Notes: generated from the letters alone by a model not told the origin. A stretch of 55,087 nt of DNA, filler included, from Sluysia triapertura (GCA_046118255.1; 4 parts of 4 records of this genome joined end to end with filler, not necessarily neighbours in it), one strand, 5' to 3'; positions 40,334 to 53,429 are shown, numbered from the whole stretch's first letter. Program-made: numbers and translations.

Positions 40334-41024
40334 GTTTTTCTTTATTAATAGAGTAATATTTAAAGATCTAAATAATATTAAAATAGGATAAAGTTTTATT
40401 TCAAATGAAGAGTAAAATTTACATTCAAAATTAAGTTAGGTACTTTATTAATATATTTCGAAGCAATTTTATCTGTTCGATTATTCAAACTTTTTGTAAA
40501 TAAATCTTAACTCATTTATTTTCGTTATTCTAAGGTAGTAAAGAAGATAATTCGTATCTATAATACATTTTGTAATATATTTTGCACTTCCATCTCTGAC
40601 ACCAGAGACAAATAACTATAACCTACAGTTTATTATATTAAGTGTTAGTAAATAATAGTTATGTCTAATTGCAAATCATAAATAATAATAGTAACATGTT
40701 AACTTAACTTTAAGCATTTTAAATGTACATCCTTTAAAACACAACAAAAAGTAAATCTATCGAATATAATACTTAAATTGATAATAAGTTTTTAAAATAT
40801 ATTTCATAATTTTTGTTGTGAAACTTAATATTCATTTAAAAATTCAATAATGAAAACTTATTACGCATAATGTGTGTTTAATTATTATTTTAAATATTTT
40901 ATTATATTTAACATTTGTGTGTCAATTATTTTAGAGAAGTTTATTACTTAGCGTGTATACTTAACTTTATGAATCGCGCATTAAACCAAGTTAAGAAAGT
41001 GCTCTGGTTTTTTTAATATTTAAT

Positions 41025-41098
41025 CTACGGCAAAATATTTTTGAGCAGGTCTGGCTACAGTAAATGTCATATGTCGTGGAGAGGGCATTTCTGTAACT
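41025..41098 (+). pseudogene. Possible EGF-like exon relic
   Basis: YGKIFLSRSGYSKCHMSWRGHFCN resembles GxCxCxxGWxGxxC, with some Cys lost; GTATAA donor follows. Confidence 0.35.
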
Positions 41099-42026
41099 GT
41101 ATAAACTTATATTTTATTTAAATCGCAATCCTCCTTAATTAAGGTCTTATCAAATGCTCAATTAACTACATAATTAACTGTTTCAAAAAACTTCTTAATC
41201 TAACTAAAAATTCTACTTCTAATGAAATAACGAAACTATAAATTCAGGTAAATTTATTCAAAAATTATAATTTACGAATAATATAAAGAATAGACAGGAA
41301 ACTAATAAAATTAATTTTTAAAATTAAAACCTCTATGGTCTTTTATTGTTTTGTTTAAATTAAACTTAAGTGGATTTTGCTCCTTAATATATCGGGAAAC
41401 TTACTATTATTTTAAAAATAAATTTAAAGATACTAATTTTCGTATTTAGTATCAACTTAATAAAAATAAGCTACGATAAACATGGAATGGAAAGTGGGTT
41501 CTGATCGAATAATATTGCCACCATATTAACTGTTAATTGTTTGATTGTCTATCGATAAACCAAAAATTTTCAACCCAATGTAAATAATAAAATCCGTGTA
41601 GTCTAACATTTGTAAATTTGTAAATAATTAAATTTTCGGTAATAATTAAAAAACTTTCGTATAAATAATCTATTTATTTTCGTGTAAATAAAACATTTCG
41701 AATAAATAATATGTAAATAATAGAGTATATTAAAGTTAAAAGGAAATACATTATTGTAAATAATAATTAAAGAATTAATAAACAATTTATTTTACAAACG
41801 GATATTTAAATTATAAAATTTATCTGAAAAAAGGATGTTTATTGGATTTTATTAAAACAGCTAAAATATTTATTTAATTCTAAAATTTATAAAAAGGATG
41901 TTTATTTGATTGAAACAGTTAAAATCAGATATTGTATATATTCAAAAAGTATATAAAGCACATAACAAAAGTTCAAAGACACAAGTTAACTAAAGAAGCT
42001 ATATTCGAGATCGAAACTCGCAAGTT

Positions 42027-42190
42027 ATATACTTTTGGAACAAATCGTGTTTTTGGAAAATTATTTGGTCGAATTTATATGCTTTTGGAACAATTCGTGT
42101 TTTGAAAAATTATTTGGTCGAATTTATATGCTTTTGGATCAATTCGTTTTTTGGAAGATTATTTGATTGAATATACGTTTGGAAAAAATT
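42027..42190. repeat. About 49-bp minisatellite, about 3.3 copies
   Basis: Unit ATATGCTTTTGGAACAATTCGTGTTTTGAAAAATTATTTGGTCGAATTT. Confidence 0.9.
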
Positions 42191-42262
42191 GAGTAAGCTT
42201 ATTTTCCATAAGTTATAACCCTAATAAAAGGCGTTTTAAATTATACTTAAAATAATAACCAC

Positions 42263-42362
42263 NNNNNNNNNNNNNNNNNNNNNNNNNNNNNNNNNNNNNN
42301 NNNNNNTTAATTAATTAANNNNNNNNNNNNNNNNNNNNNNNNNNNNNNNNNNNNNNNNNNNN
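42263..42362. other. Assembly gap linker
   Basis: N44-TTAATTAATTAA-N44. Confidence 0.98.
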
Positions 42363-42570
42363 TACTTCCAGATTTGAAAAGAAACTAAATACCCACAGTC
42401 CCTAACTTTAGAGCCTTTGCAAACTTAAACAAACATTAAGATATTTACCCTTAGTGGAAATCCTTTCAATTATAGAAAAAATCCAACGGCTAGCCTTAAC
42501 TGGTAAGCCTAGTACGTTGGTGGACTCACGTTAAAATCTTACTTTATTCTATCTTTACATTCCCGCAATA
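42363..42570 (+). repeat. Dispersed repeat family A, copy 2
   Basis: TACTTCCAGA...AAATCCAACGGCTAGCCTTAACTGGTAAGCCTAGTACGTTGGTGGACTCAC...TACTTTATTCTATCT. Confidence 0.85.
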
Positions 42571-43365
42571 TTAAAAAATAGGTTTTCGTTTTAACTAAAA
42601 ATAAAATGAGTCATGTTATCTGAAATTATAATATTATAAGCCTAAAACTATTAATTAACTTAGAAGGGAATTTTAAATGCTCAAAAATACTCAAAATATA
42701 AATATCATAAGGCCATACGAACTTTGAACCCAAAAATAAATTAAAAAGGCTTCCTCAAAATATTTAAAATTAATTTTATTTAAAATATAATTAAAAAAAC
42801 TTTAAAGGTTACCCAGTGCATGGAAAATGGATCTTTATAGAAATATTGTGTTGAGTTATAAAATAGTAAAACATTTAGACATTTGATATTGTTTTTATAA
42901 AGACAATTTTTTTGTAGACAGTTTTATTATTTATTTAATGTTTAAATATTATTTTTATTATAATAATATTAAAAAATACTTAACGTTAAAAATCAAATAA
43001 AATAAAATGTTTAATATAAAATATTCAGAGTTAAGAAAAATCTAAAGTTAAAATATAAAATTTAATATAAAATATTTAAAGTTAAAATAAAATTTTTAAT
43101 ATAAAATATTTAAAATGAAAAAATTTTCTTTGTTCTAAATATAAATATTAACAATTTTGTTTTACTAAATAAAATAAATAAATATACAAATGGCGAAATT
43201 TAGGCGAAGAAAGGCAGTAACAAAAATTCAAGTAACAAAAAATTTGTTTGAAAAATTCGAGTAGCTTTGTAATCAATCGGTGAATATAAGTTTATTTTTA
43301 TAAGTTTAAAGTCCTTACTGTAAAAGAAGGACCTAAAATCCACTTAATATTATTTTTAATGTTGA

Positions 43366-43665
43366 TGCTAGACCACAATAAGGCTCGCTCAACATTCACC
43401 TAAAATTTTATAAATATTAGATCCGCTTGAATATTAAAATATTATTATATTTGTTGCATAATCACTCTGTATAAATTTGAACATTGTCAGTTAATAGGTT
43501 TTAAGATTTTATTCTTTTTCATATAAAAATTATTGTTTTCTCGCTAGACCGTAAAAAGGCTAGCTTAACCTGTAATATACATTATCATTTTGTTAGACCG
43601 TAAAAGGCTAACTTAAAATCTGAGTTTTTCTCATTATATGTTAGACCATAAAAAGGTTAACTTAA
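43366..43665 (-). repeat. Cluster of four family C motifs (TAGACCGTAAAAAGGCTAACTTAA on +)
   Basis: Copies begin near 43369, 43545, 43594 and 43642; the last three are spaced 49 and 48 bp. Confidence 0.85.
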
Positions 43666-43729
43666 AATATAATTTTAATTGAATACATTTATAAATCGAT
43701 ATTACGTGACTAATTTTAAAATCCTAATA

Positions 43730-43960
43730 GGACGCATTCGTTCAGATTTAAGTCGTGTCTTTTTGCAAGTATAAGTTAACTATTTGCAGTTGCTATTGCT
43801 ACGAATATTGCTTTGAAAATCTTACAACTCTGCTCTTTTATAATTTTTCGTTATTTAGTCACCCATGAGTGCTGCATTGAAACATTGTCCTACACAAGTT
43901 TTCTGAACATCATTTTAGAATCGAACGAGCAATTAAAACTCTGGCAATTGCATGGTACTA
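43730..43960 (-). mobile_element. hAT transposase relic
   Basis: Minus strand CVGQCFNAALMGD (GQxYDGAxxMxG), followed by KAIFV...ANS*L (AxYVHCxAHxLNL). Confidence 0.55.
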
Positions 43961-44537
43961 TTTACATAACACAAAAACCTGATTAATGATCAACCTTCAT
44001 TTTCTTCCACTCCATTAGGCCTATTTTCTCCTAAATTAATTCTTATATTAAAATATCAATCATTATTATTAACATAAATAAAAATAATGAATTGAATTTA
44101 GAATTTAATTATGTTTCAGTCTTCTGAACACAATTTTCTAAATGAAAGTGTTCTTATTATCAAACAGATATTTCTATATACATTTCAAATTCGTTTCTAC
44201 ATTCTCCTCTTTCTTAGCAATCATTTTATATTCAATTCATTATCTTTTCTTCATTCTAAATATGAAAACTTTAACATTTTACAATTGATAAATAATTAAA
44301 ATGTGACTTTACTCAATATTAAGGCTTTTCTTGCATGAATTCGGTCAAACCATACCTTCAATGGAACATCTTATTAAGACAAACCCAAAGAGGCACAACT
44401 TTGATGTAGCATTTCACATTCAAATATGATTTATAAAAACTTAATTAATTAATTAATAAACTTAAGTTAATTAATCGATATTAAAATATTTAACAAAAAT
44501 ATTTAAAATCTTTAGTCATAATCACACGTCCTTAAAT

Positions 44538-44610
44538 TAAGGTGACCAGACATCCCTCTTTTTCACAATTTGTCCCGCATCCCGCGACGTTTTTGAAAAG
44601 TCCCGACTTT
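44538..44610. mobile_element. hAT-type terminus
   Basis: TAAGGTGACCA followed by (G)TCCCG repeats; same style as 36476-36822. Confidence 0.6.
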
Positions 44611-46507
44611 TAGAATTAAGTTAAATTTTATATTTATGAACATCATTGTTTTGCGTTTTAAGAATCCTACGGTCTACGACGACTAACATATTGCTTTTGC
44701 TAACCAGTTACATTGTATTTGTCTCTCAGATGATACGCTTCGGTTCGTACTGCGTGCTAGCAAGCTAATTAAACAAATAAATATTACACATCTGCTACTT
44801 ACCATAGAAAATTAATGTAAGTAATTTATTTATATATTACATAAATACATAAATTTTCTTAAACTTAGCTTAAAATACTCGTAGTCTTCATACTTTATAT
44901 TGATGACAAAAAGTATATCACCGACCTTAACCTTAAAAGAAATTTTAGAAAGAAATATACGAATAAAAAATCTACTAAAACCTTACTTTAAATCATCAAA
45001 CAGTCTTTTTACATTCTTTGTTCTAACATTATAAAATACATGGTGATTTATTAATGCATTATGCTTTAAACCACTAAATCATAATATTCGTAATAAATCA
45101 TATTATGCAAAGATCATTTTTAATTCAAAACACATCATATTTAACCCTATTCAGTATTATTCTATATTCTCACTGCAGCAGTTTCAGAACCTTTAAGCAT
45201 ATTGCAAGTGTTTTACTTCTAAAAGCTTAGACTTACTCTGCAAAAAGATCGTGAGGGTTAGTTCGACTAATTAGACATGTTTTATTTCTGATCAAAGACG
45301 TTCTAATTAGGTTTTTTCTAAAGCAACGAGAAAAAATTTATTTATTATTCAATATAATGTTTGCTGGCGTTTGTATATGTTCATAAGCAACAACAAGTAA
45401 TCAAGTTTATAGGTGACACGAAGATTATCCTAATTATTATTTTTTTATATATTTATAATTTAAGTCAGCCTTTTTACGGTCTGACAAATTATACAATAAT
45501 TTAGACGTTCGAGAAAAGACAATTAATATACTTGTAAATATTATAAATTTTATGTGTATGTTATAAATATGATAAACTTTATGTGTAAATAGATGAACTT
45601 TATGACTAATATTGTATATTAATAATTTATCGATTTTTAATTGAATATTAATGATCTATTAATTTTTAATTTTGTGCTTTGCAATTTTTGGATTTTAATT
45701 ACATCGATATTTTAATTAATTGAAGTATTTATAAATTGGAGTAAAATTATAAACTAACGTAAGTGATTATATTAAATTGAAAATTATTAATTAAATATAA
45801 ATTTTAATATTTTTAAAACTAATTTTAATAAAATAAATAATTTGTTTTAATCTGCAAGGCTAGCTAAATCAATTATAAATAGTTACAAAATTTATTAAAC
45901 ATCAGACAATTTTGTTAGCACAATATTGAAAACATAATTTTTAAATCTTCATCAAGCTTTTCTCAGCGATGGATCAAGAGAAATTAATTTTAAAGGATTC
46001 CTTCTAAGAAAATTTTTACTAAATTCCGATTTTTTAATAAATACGTTAGTTTATTATATTTAGTTAGGGATATGCAATATATCCTCGCAAAATAGATTCA
46101 AAATCACTTTTGTAATTATTTCCAAAAATCTTATAATAGACTTTTCGTAAAATAATTAATAAAGTATCATCAATTTGAGAATTAAATTTGATTAATTTCA
46201 CGTAACTTATTTATTTTATTATATTTATAATTTTGTTTAATTTATCCAGTGTCTAATAAAAATTTCTGAGAATTCATTTTTTCATTATTAAATTTTATAG
46301 TTTTAATTATAAAATTCCCAGTGGAGTAAAGCTTTTATCTATTAGAATTTAATTCGAATGACGTAAAATCACTTTTTATAGATCCATTTCACAGGAACTT
46401 CTTAAATTATTTGGTAAATTATTTCTATTAATATTTTTGCAGTTAGATATTTATCTTAATTACTCATAAATCTAATATTAGAAACAGATTCTATTGACTT
46501 TTATTTA

Positions 46508-46715
46508 TACCTCCAGAACTTAGCCTAAATTACTAAGTTGAAATTAACAGCAAAGTTATTAAGCCTAGAATATCCTAGTAAAAACCATGCACGCCTTAGA
46601 AAGTTATTCTAACCTTTACTTAAAAATCTTTTATATACAAATCCAACGGCTAGCCCTAAGTGGTAAGCCTAGATAAGTCCTACTTTATTCTATCTTATCT
46701 CTACATATTCCCACA
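46508..46715 (+). repeat. Dispersed repeat family A, copy 3
   Basis: TACCTCCAGAA...AAATCCAACGGCTAGCCCTAAGTGGTAAGCCTAG...TACTTTATTCTATCT; 3' outer stem deleted. Confidence 0.85.
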
Positions 46716-46962
46716 TGCTTTTTGGAGTTTTTGAACATTAAGTACTTATTCATAATGTTATGATATTTATCTATAAATGAATATTTGAAAATTTTATTAT
46801 AGTTATAAGGTCCTAGTCGTGATATTAATTAATAATTCTTATTTAAGTTTTTATATCTAATTTCAAAAAAATGTACTGTTATTCCTTTTATAATTAAATT
46901 TATGACAGTTTCAAAATATAAATAAGAGATTATTATTTAATTGCTTACAAAATACATAAACA

Positions 46963-47932
46963 CTAATTTATTAGACAGAAACATTTACATTTCAAATTAT
47001 TGTTTATAATTGACGTCTTTAATGCTGCATTCTTCGGTCTGCCGTCAGGATCCACATAAAAATCGTATTCTAAAAACAAAATAAAATAAAACTGATTATT
47101 AGTGTAAAAAAAATAAAATTTTACCATCCATTTATTCTGAAAAAATTTCGTCGTAGCAGAGTTTTGGTAAATTGCGATGATTTTAAGCTTGAATCTATTT
47201 GAGGCACGTTTTGTAATAGTGTTGACGTAATACATAATATTTAAACATAAAGTAGCGTTGTATTTTATCGTTTCACTACGATCTTGAATTGATTTTATGA
47301 TTTGACTAAACTGTCGAAAAAATTTCACCATCTGAGGAAAACTTTGAATTGATTTTGTAATTTTATTAAGCTCTTGCATCATCTGATCAGTTGGTTCGAA
47401 TTGATCAAAATTTTTCAGATTACTTGTCGTATACAAGACTCGCAACGCATGTTGATGATTACCTATATTACGATAATCAGGATTCATAAAAATTTCGACC
47501 ATAGCCATAAGAGCATTGAAATTGGTAATACTAAACGTTTTAGAATATTTCATATCGATTTGCGGAGGATAAGACTTATCGAGATCAACCGCGATTGATT
47601 TTATTGTTAAAACATAATCATAATTAGTTTGAATAGACAAATCTTTCATTATACATGACGTAAAATCCTGGAAGTTTCTTTGCGTATCTTTTGAAAATTA
47701 CAATGTGACCTTTGCGTCTTAAGCTTTTCACATCTTCAATATCTCGTTTGATCTGAATAAATGCATTATTGACTTTAATAATAACCATTTTATTAGCTTG
47801 TCCAGAAATACATAATTCATCTAAACCTCGTAGAAAAATATTTACATCTACAAATAGTACAAATTGTTTATTTCTTTCATTATAGGTTAACTCATGATAA
47901 TCATATATTTGTTGTATCTTTTCGAATTTCAT
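46963..47932 (-). CDS. Split coding region, unknown protein with weak PIN-domain (SWT1/SMG5-6-like) resemblance; gene or recent pseudogene
   Basis: The two longest ORFs of the window overlap with a +1 offset. Likely start MKFEK at 47932; motifs LFVDVNIFL, IEDVK, TNYDYVL, ITNFNAL; a typical 55-nt GT-AG intron at 47070-47124. Confidence 0.55.
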
Positions 47933-47939
47933 TATTTGT

Positions 47940-48520
47940 AAACTAGAATTGATGTTAGTTTGATTGATATTAATTTGTTTGATGTTTTTTTGGTGTTGTT
48001 GATGATTATGCATGGATTAGTAGTGGGTTTGAAATGTTGTAATTGATTCGAAGATGTGAAGTAGGTGTTTTAAATGTTTCGAGTAGATTTATTAGTGTTG
48101 TAGAATGGAATTAGATGTAATTATGGTTTATGTGTTATGGGTTTATGATTGTAATTTGGTTAAAGCAAATAAGCTATTGAATAAATATTAAGTATTAGGT
48201 ATTACTTGTTAAAGTATAGTGTAAAATAAAGGGTTCGAAAGTATTAAATGGATTGTTTCAGATGTGTTTGTTGTTGAATTATTGTAAATGCCGAGTATTG
48301 TTTCTGGTGAATTAGTTAATGTAATTTAGTAATGTTAAGTGTATTCGTAATTTTGATGTTGTAGGATTAAGGATATTTATTGGTTTTAAAAAATATGTAA
48401 TAGATGGATGTGTGATTGTTGGAGTAATAAGAAAAGGGAAGAGAAAAAAAATATTGGTTTTTACTAAAATTTTAGTAAGTGTTGAGGTTGATCACTACAT
48501 GCTGAATGTTTATTATACAC
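47940..48520 (-). mobile_element. Possible decayed LINE RT C-terminal region
   Basis: C/A-skewed minus strand with many stops. HSACSDQ, LNPTTSK and TILGIY occur in the order of YADD, LNxxK and YLG. Confidence 0.3.
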
Positions 48521-49429
48521 AAATCGAGTTATACAAAGTTTAAAATATAACAATGGTATAAAATAATTATAAAGATAAGATTTTAGGCCTTAAGAAATAT
48601 TTCTTAAGCTGATCTGATTTTACATTAGGTTTACTTAGCCTTTTTACGGTCAAGGAAAAAATTAAGATAGTTTAAGTCTGATTTTAGGAACTCTGTTAAA
48701 TTGAAATTACAGTTGCATACAAAACACTTGTGTAAAAAACTTCACCTTAACATGGAATCCATTATAATTGTAAATCCCTTATTGACGAAAAATTATTGTT
48801 AAAATTCCAATGATAACTCTTGTGAATTAATTCCAAATTTGAATTATATATTCATATTAATATCCTCCATATTGGCATCCATTACTAATATTTAGAAAAT
48901 TGATTGATTTAAAAAAAGTAAATATATAAAATTATTACTTTATATCCAATTAAATGTTTTTATTTCTTAAATTATTAAAATCTTCATTATTTTGTCTAAC
49001 TTTAATTCTTTAATTTTGTTTTGGTATTATAATAAAAATAATATTTAAAATATATATTATAATATATAAAAATAATATTCACAATTAACAAAATAAATAA
49101 ACTGTTTTATAATACAAATGTTAAATTATGCAAATGTTTTCGTTAAATTTTAAATTGTTAACTTTGATACCTCAACAATATTAACACTTCAAACACTGAA
49201 CAGTAAGTGTTAGGCAATAATTAAAAAATCTTAACATAAGTCATCATTGTAAACAATTAACACTGATTAATTTTACTTAAAATAACTTAAGATAATGTAA
49301 TTCTTCAAGATATTATATTACGGGATATTTCAATTTATATTTAATTCAATAATTTAAATAATTTAAATAATAATAATAATAATATGCTTGTGATAAAGTA
49401 AGAAAAAATAAAACCCACATCATTATTTG

Positions 49430-51070
49430 ATAGTGAAGTTAGATCTATTAAAAGAAATCTTAATATACACATTTAACAAAAACGTTTTATCCAAAACTTC
49501 ATCATTAGTTTATGCTGAATGGTTATTATCACAGTTCCAAGTCGATATACAATTTTTCTATATATCGAAAATCTCAACGAAAAACATGATCGTGAAATTG
49601 AAAGCGAAAAAAATCTTAATGTATGTGTGATTCAAATGTCATAACTATTCAAGATCTAAGAAAAAATATTTTAACTTGCATGAGATTAATACGTTCTCTT
49701 AATGGCATAAAAACTGGACAGACCTGATTTCAGTGCTCGACAATATGTCAAATTTAGTTAGACATCTGAGTGCTGATTTAGTGAAACGATTCATTAAAAT
49801 TATAGTTCAGTTAGAAGTAGTCTGCTATTCATTCAACAATGCGAAGAACTCGGTAATACTATGAAGATTCATTAACAATTTCTATTTTTTAAATGAAATT
49901 TTGTTTAAACATTTTAGCAGGTTTTTTGTTTTATTATTATTATATTGACTATCATTTTAGTGTAATACCACTATATATTACAAGTGATTACTTCATTTAT
50001 TATTCATTTGATATATTTACTGTAGATTACACTCCCATTTAATTTGAAGTTCAGATTTTTGCACAATCATTAAAAGATTTTTGAGTTGCGTAATTAATAA
50101 AATCTGACAGAGCTCTCATTACAGGCTAAACTTTCAATGGATGCTTAAATGATATGTATAAGAAAATCTTTGATTTAAAAACTCAAGAGAGATTGGATAA
50201 TGAAAAAGTATAAAAAGTATGCGTAAAATTTTTTTCACATATCACCAATGCACAATGATGAGCTTAAATGCTAAGGTGCATGTATAAATTAATTTTTTGT
50301 TTTATCAATCATTTTATATATTATTATAAAACCTTTTTGTTTAGTTTTGTGGGTTTTTAGTTGAACTAATGCGACACTTATTATTTTAATTTAAATTGTT
50401 TTCATTATGAGTTCCTGGCTAATTGTCTGAGTCTGCGTAATTTAATTGTCATCATATGATTGTTATATTTATTGGAACTATTTAATTTTTGTTCATATTA
50501 CTTGACATTTATTGTGTTAAATTATATTTATTGTAGTAATTGCTTAGTGATATTTAATGATATAAAAATAATTGTGATTAAGCCTTAAGATGCAACTGTT
50601 ATATTATTCTCATTATTGTTTATTAGTAATTTATTATTGTATTATTATCATTAAATTATTGATCTACTAATTTATTATTATTATATTGCTGACATTTTTA
50701 AAAATATATTTACATATATAAAGATATATATATTCCTTTTGAGTTAATTTGATACCGATTATTTTGTGTAACTAAAATCATATATTAATATGAGTAGGAT
50801 TTATGTAAATTTTGAAACATTAATTATGAAGAAATTAGAATATTTAGAGTTTGTTCATAAAAAATATTTACATCGTATTGCAAGTGTATTATATATAGTT
50901 TATATGTAACTTTTAATAGCTAACTTTGTCACCTTAGCTTGCAAAATGAATTCTTCGATGAGGTCTTCTATGAAAAACAAATTATACTTATCAAGAAATG
51001 ACGAGTCCACAGAACAAAATTTTATACTGAAGATAGATGTTGTGGTTGCACAGCTTAATTACGACTAATT
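49430..51070 (+). pseudogene. Cluster of unidentified exon-like blocks
   Basis: Higher-GC blocks: about 49700-49860 (WHKNWTDLISVLDNMSNLVRHLSADLVKRF...), after TACTGTAG at about 50025, and after CACCTTAG at about 50937; internal stops. Confidence 0.25.
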
Positions 51071-51399
51071 TTGCGAAATCAAATACGATTAAAATAGTGG
51101 AAAAGAATTATGAAGTTTATGTGGTTATTAACTCTTACTTTTAATAAGGGAAAGATCTTCTAATCCGCAAAAATACATTTCGAATTACTCTAATATTTAA
51201 TCTCCATATATTGTGAGAATTCTTCAGTGATTAAACAAGAATCCACGATCCTTTATTAAATCTCTGTTTTTCTCTCGTACATATGATTTCATTTACGATA
51301 ATCACAATATTACTTTTCAATTATTTTATAGAATAATTTAATCATAATAAGTGTTCAAAATAATTTAATGATAATTATTCTTCAAATTATTTCTTTCAG

Positions 51400-51510
51400 G
51401 TTGTCATCGCAACCCTTTAAAATCATTAAACTTAATACAAAATAGCAGTTAAAATCATTAAATTCCTTTAAATAAAGTTATTTTCTAAAAAAGAAACTTT
51501 TTTTCTAAAA
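51400..51510 (+). repeat. Dispersed repeat family B, copy 3
   Basis: GTTGTCATCGCAACCCTTTAAA terminus. Confidence 0.7.
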
Positions 51511-51779
51511 AAATAAAATAATCACTTGATTTTTATTCTTAACTTTCTAGATACATATTACTCTAATAAAATCGTTGTTCGTTGATTTTTATTTGTTATT
51601 AATTGGATTTCGTTCGATTACATAATTTCTAATTTATATAAGATTATATAAGACCCTAATAAGCAGTTATGATTATATTTAGTTAGAGACGTATTAGAAG
51701 CGTTTTTTAATAAATGTATTAAGATTATTAAATTTATGTTATGAACCCATACTACTCGTTATAAGTCATTTATTGTAAC

Positions 51780-51870
51780 GGAACCCTGTTCAAATTTTTT
51801 TATTTTGCCTTAGGTTTAGATTTAAGAAAACCACAGCATTTCAAACATAACTATTTTTCAATCTAGTTTA
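51780..51870 (+). repeat. Dispersed repeat family E, copy 2
   Basis: Homologous to 25290-25380. Confidence 0.7.
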
Positions 51871-52459
51871 TAATTATAATTATAAAATTTAATTATTAAA
51901 ATTGTTATGTACAATTCACTACAATTTGCTATTTTAAGACTATACAAATAATTATTAAAATAATTACAATTTAATATTGTACAAAACAATTAGTTGTTTT
52001 CAATTTTGTACGGTTTTGTAATCGGCCGAGGCCCAGTTTTAATTAAACTTGATTAATAATGAGATAAATGATTTTTGCAACGAAAAATGCATTATAAATG
52101 AATTATATAAACAAGTAGGTTGTGACGATGAAATGCGTCAGAAAGTGAATATGAAAATTTAATAGGGCTTGTAGTTCAAGAATTAAGCCTTTAAACATTT
52201 TAATGACAATAATATAGAATAATAAGATATCTTAGTGGAAAGCGTGTAAAAATTTAAGTATATACTATTAATAGCATGAGTAATATCAAAAATAGAGGTT
52301 ATCAAATGAAACTCAATTTATGCTTAAATTAATGGATATCGCCAAATAGTATCACTGATATTATGTTGGCAGTGATATTATTTGGTGCACTCATTTTTTC
52401 AACACGAAATATTAAATAAAAAGCCAAAAACTTTATTCATAAAATATTATTCATCGTCA

Positions 52460-53100
52460 TCTAAGAACTCGACATTTTGATCATCCTCATTTTCATTAAA
52501 AATAGACTCCTTATCAAACTGTCCCTCTTAGTTTGTAGTAGACCATGCCCTAGAGAATCTCGTACTGTACACGTCATATTTAGCTTTATGCCAATCTTCA
52601 TAGTTTGAACCAAATCCAAATCAAAGATTGTGCTGCTGGTTTTGGATTGCCAGGTATTCAAGAGATTCAGAGTTTTTCATTTCATTAATGCGCAAAAATA
52701 TTAAATGTTTCAAATAGTGGAAAATTCCTATTTTCTATCTATTTTCCTATTTTCATGCAAGATAATTTATATCTTTCGCCTACTACAATGATCCTTAACT
52801 TGTTGGCCTATATGTACTAGACAAGAATCCCAAACAATACACTTACCATCACTTACATCAACCAAATGATTCATAGAGTCGATCCACTTTATAATTAATT
52901 CTTGGTTTACCCAATATTTTGACTGAGTGGTATATAACACACGACTTTGCTTAGAAGTTATACCTCCATCCGTGCTTCCAGCACTACCGTTTTTCCATCT
53001 GCCTAAACATAAATTATTGCTATAACCACTGATGGATCATACATTTCTTCATTTTTGGCTTCAAAATCATTTTTTGCATCATTAACTTCTTTTTTGAAAG
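52460..53100 (-). mobile_element. Decayed pogo-family (DDE_1) transposase
   Basis: Minus strand TQSKYWVNQELIIKWID...KCIVWDSCLVHIGQQVKDHC matches QxKAWMxxxL..WI...LVWDSxxxHxxxxVK. Confidence 0.85.
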
Positions 53101-53429
53101 TAATTGTAAATGTTCGTTTAACCATTTACAAATTTTGAGATCGATTATTTTTTAATTTTCAGTAAAAAAAGAGAAATATCATTTATTTAATTAATTTTAA
53201 TAAATAGCAGTTTATATAATACATTCTAATTAATTTAATAAAATTTTGAATTATTTGAGTAGTGAGACTATTTAAGTGATTCATTTAAAATTAATGATTT
53301 AATGGATTTTATTCTAATGCATTATCGATAAATTAATTTTATTTTAATATAAAAATATTTAATTGATGACATAATGGATTTAATGAAATTGATTTAAAAG
53401 AACAAAAAAGCTTCAAATAATTACAATTG

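Noticed and set aside
13281-42362. TTAATTAATTAA repeated three times inside N runs
   Set aside because: Identical 100-nt six-frame-stop scaffolding linker; not biological.
43594-43615. U5 snRNA loop I (GCCTTTTAC on minus strand)
   Set aside because: No flanking U5 stem or Sm site; other copies have five Ts.
43541-43665. CRISPR array
   Set aside because: Eukaryotic context, only three degenerate units, short partly similar spacers and no cas genes.
47374-47598. Plus-strand 74-aa ORF
   Set aside because: Antisense shadow of the longer minus-strand coding frame.
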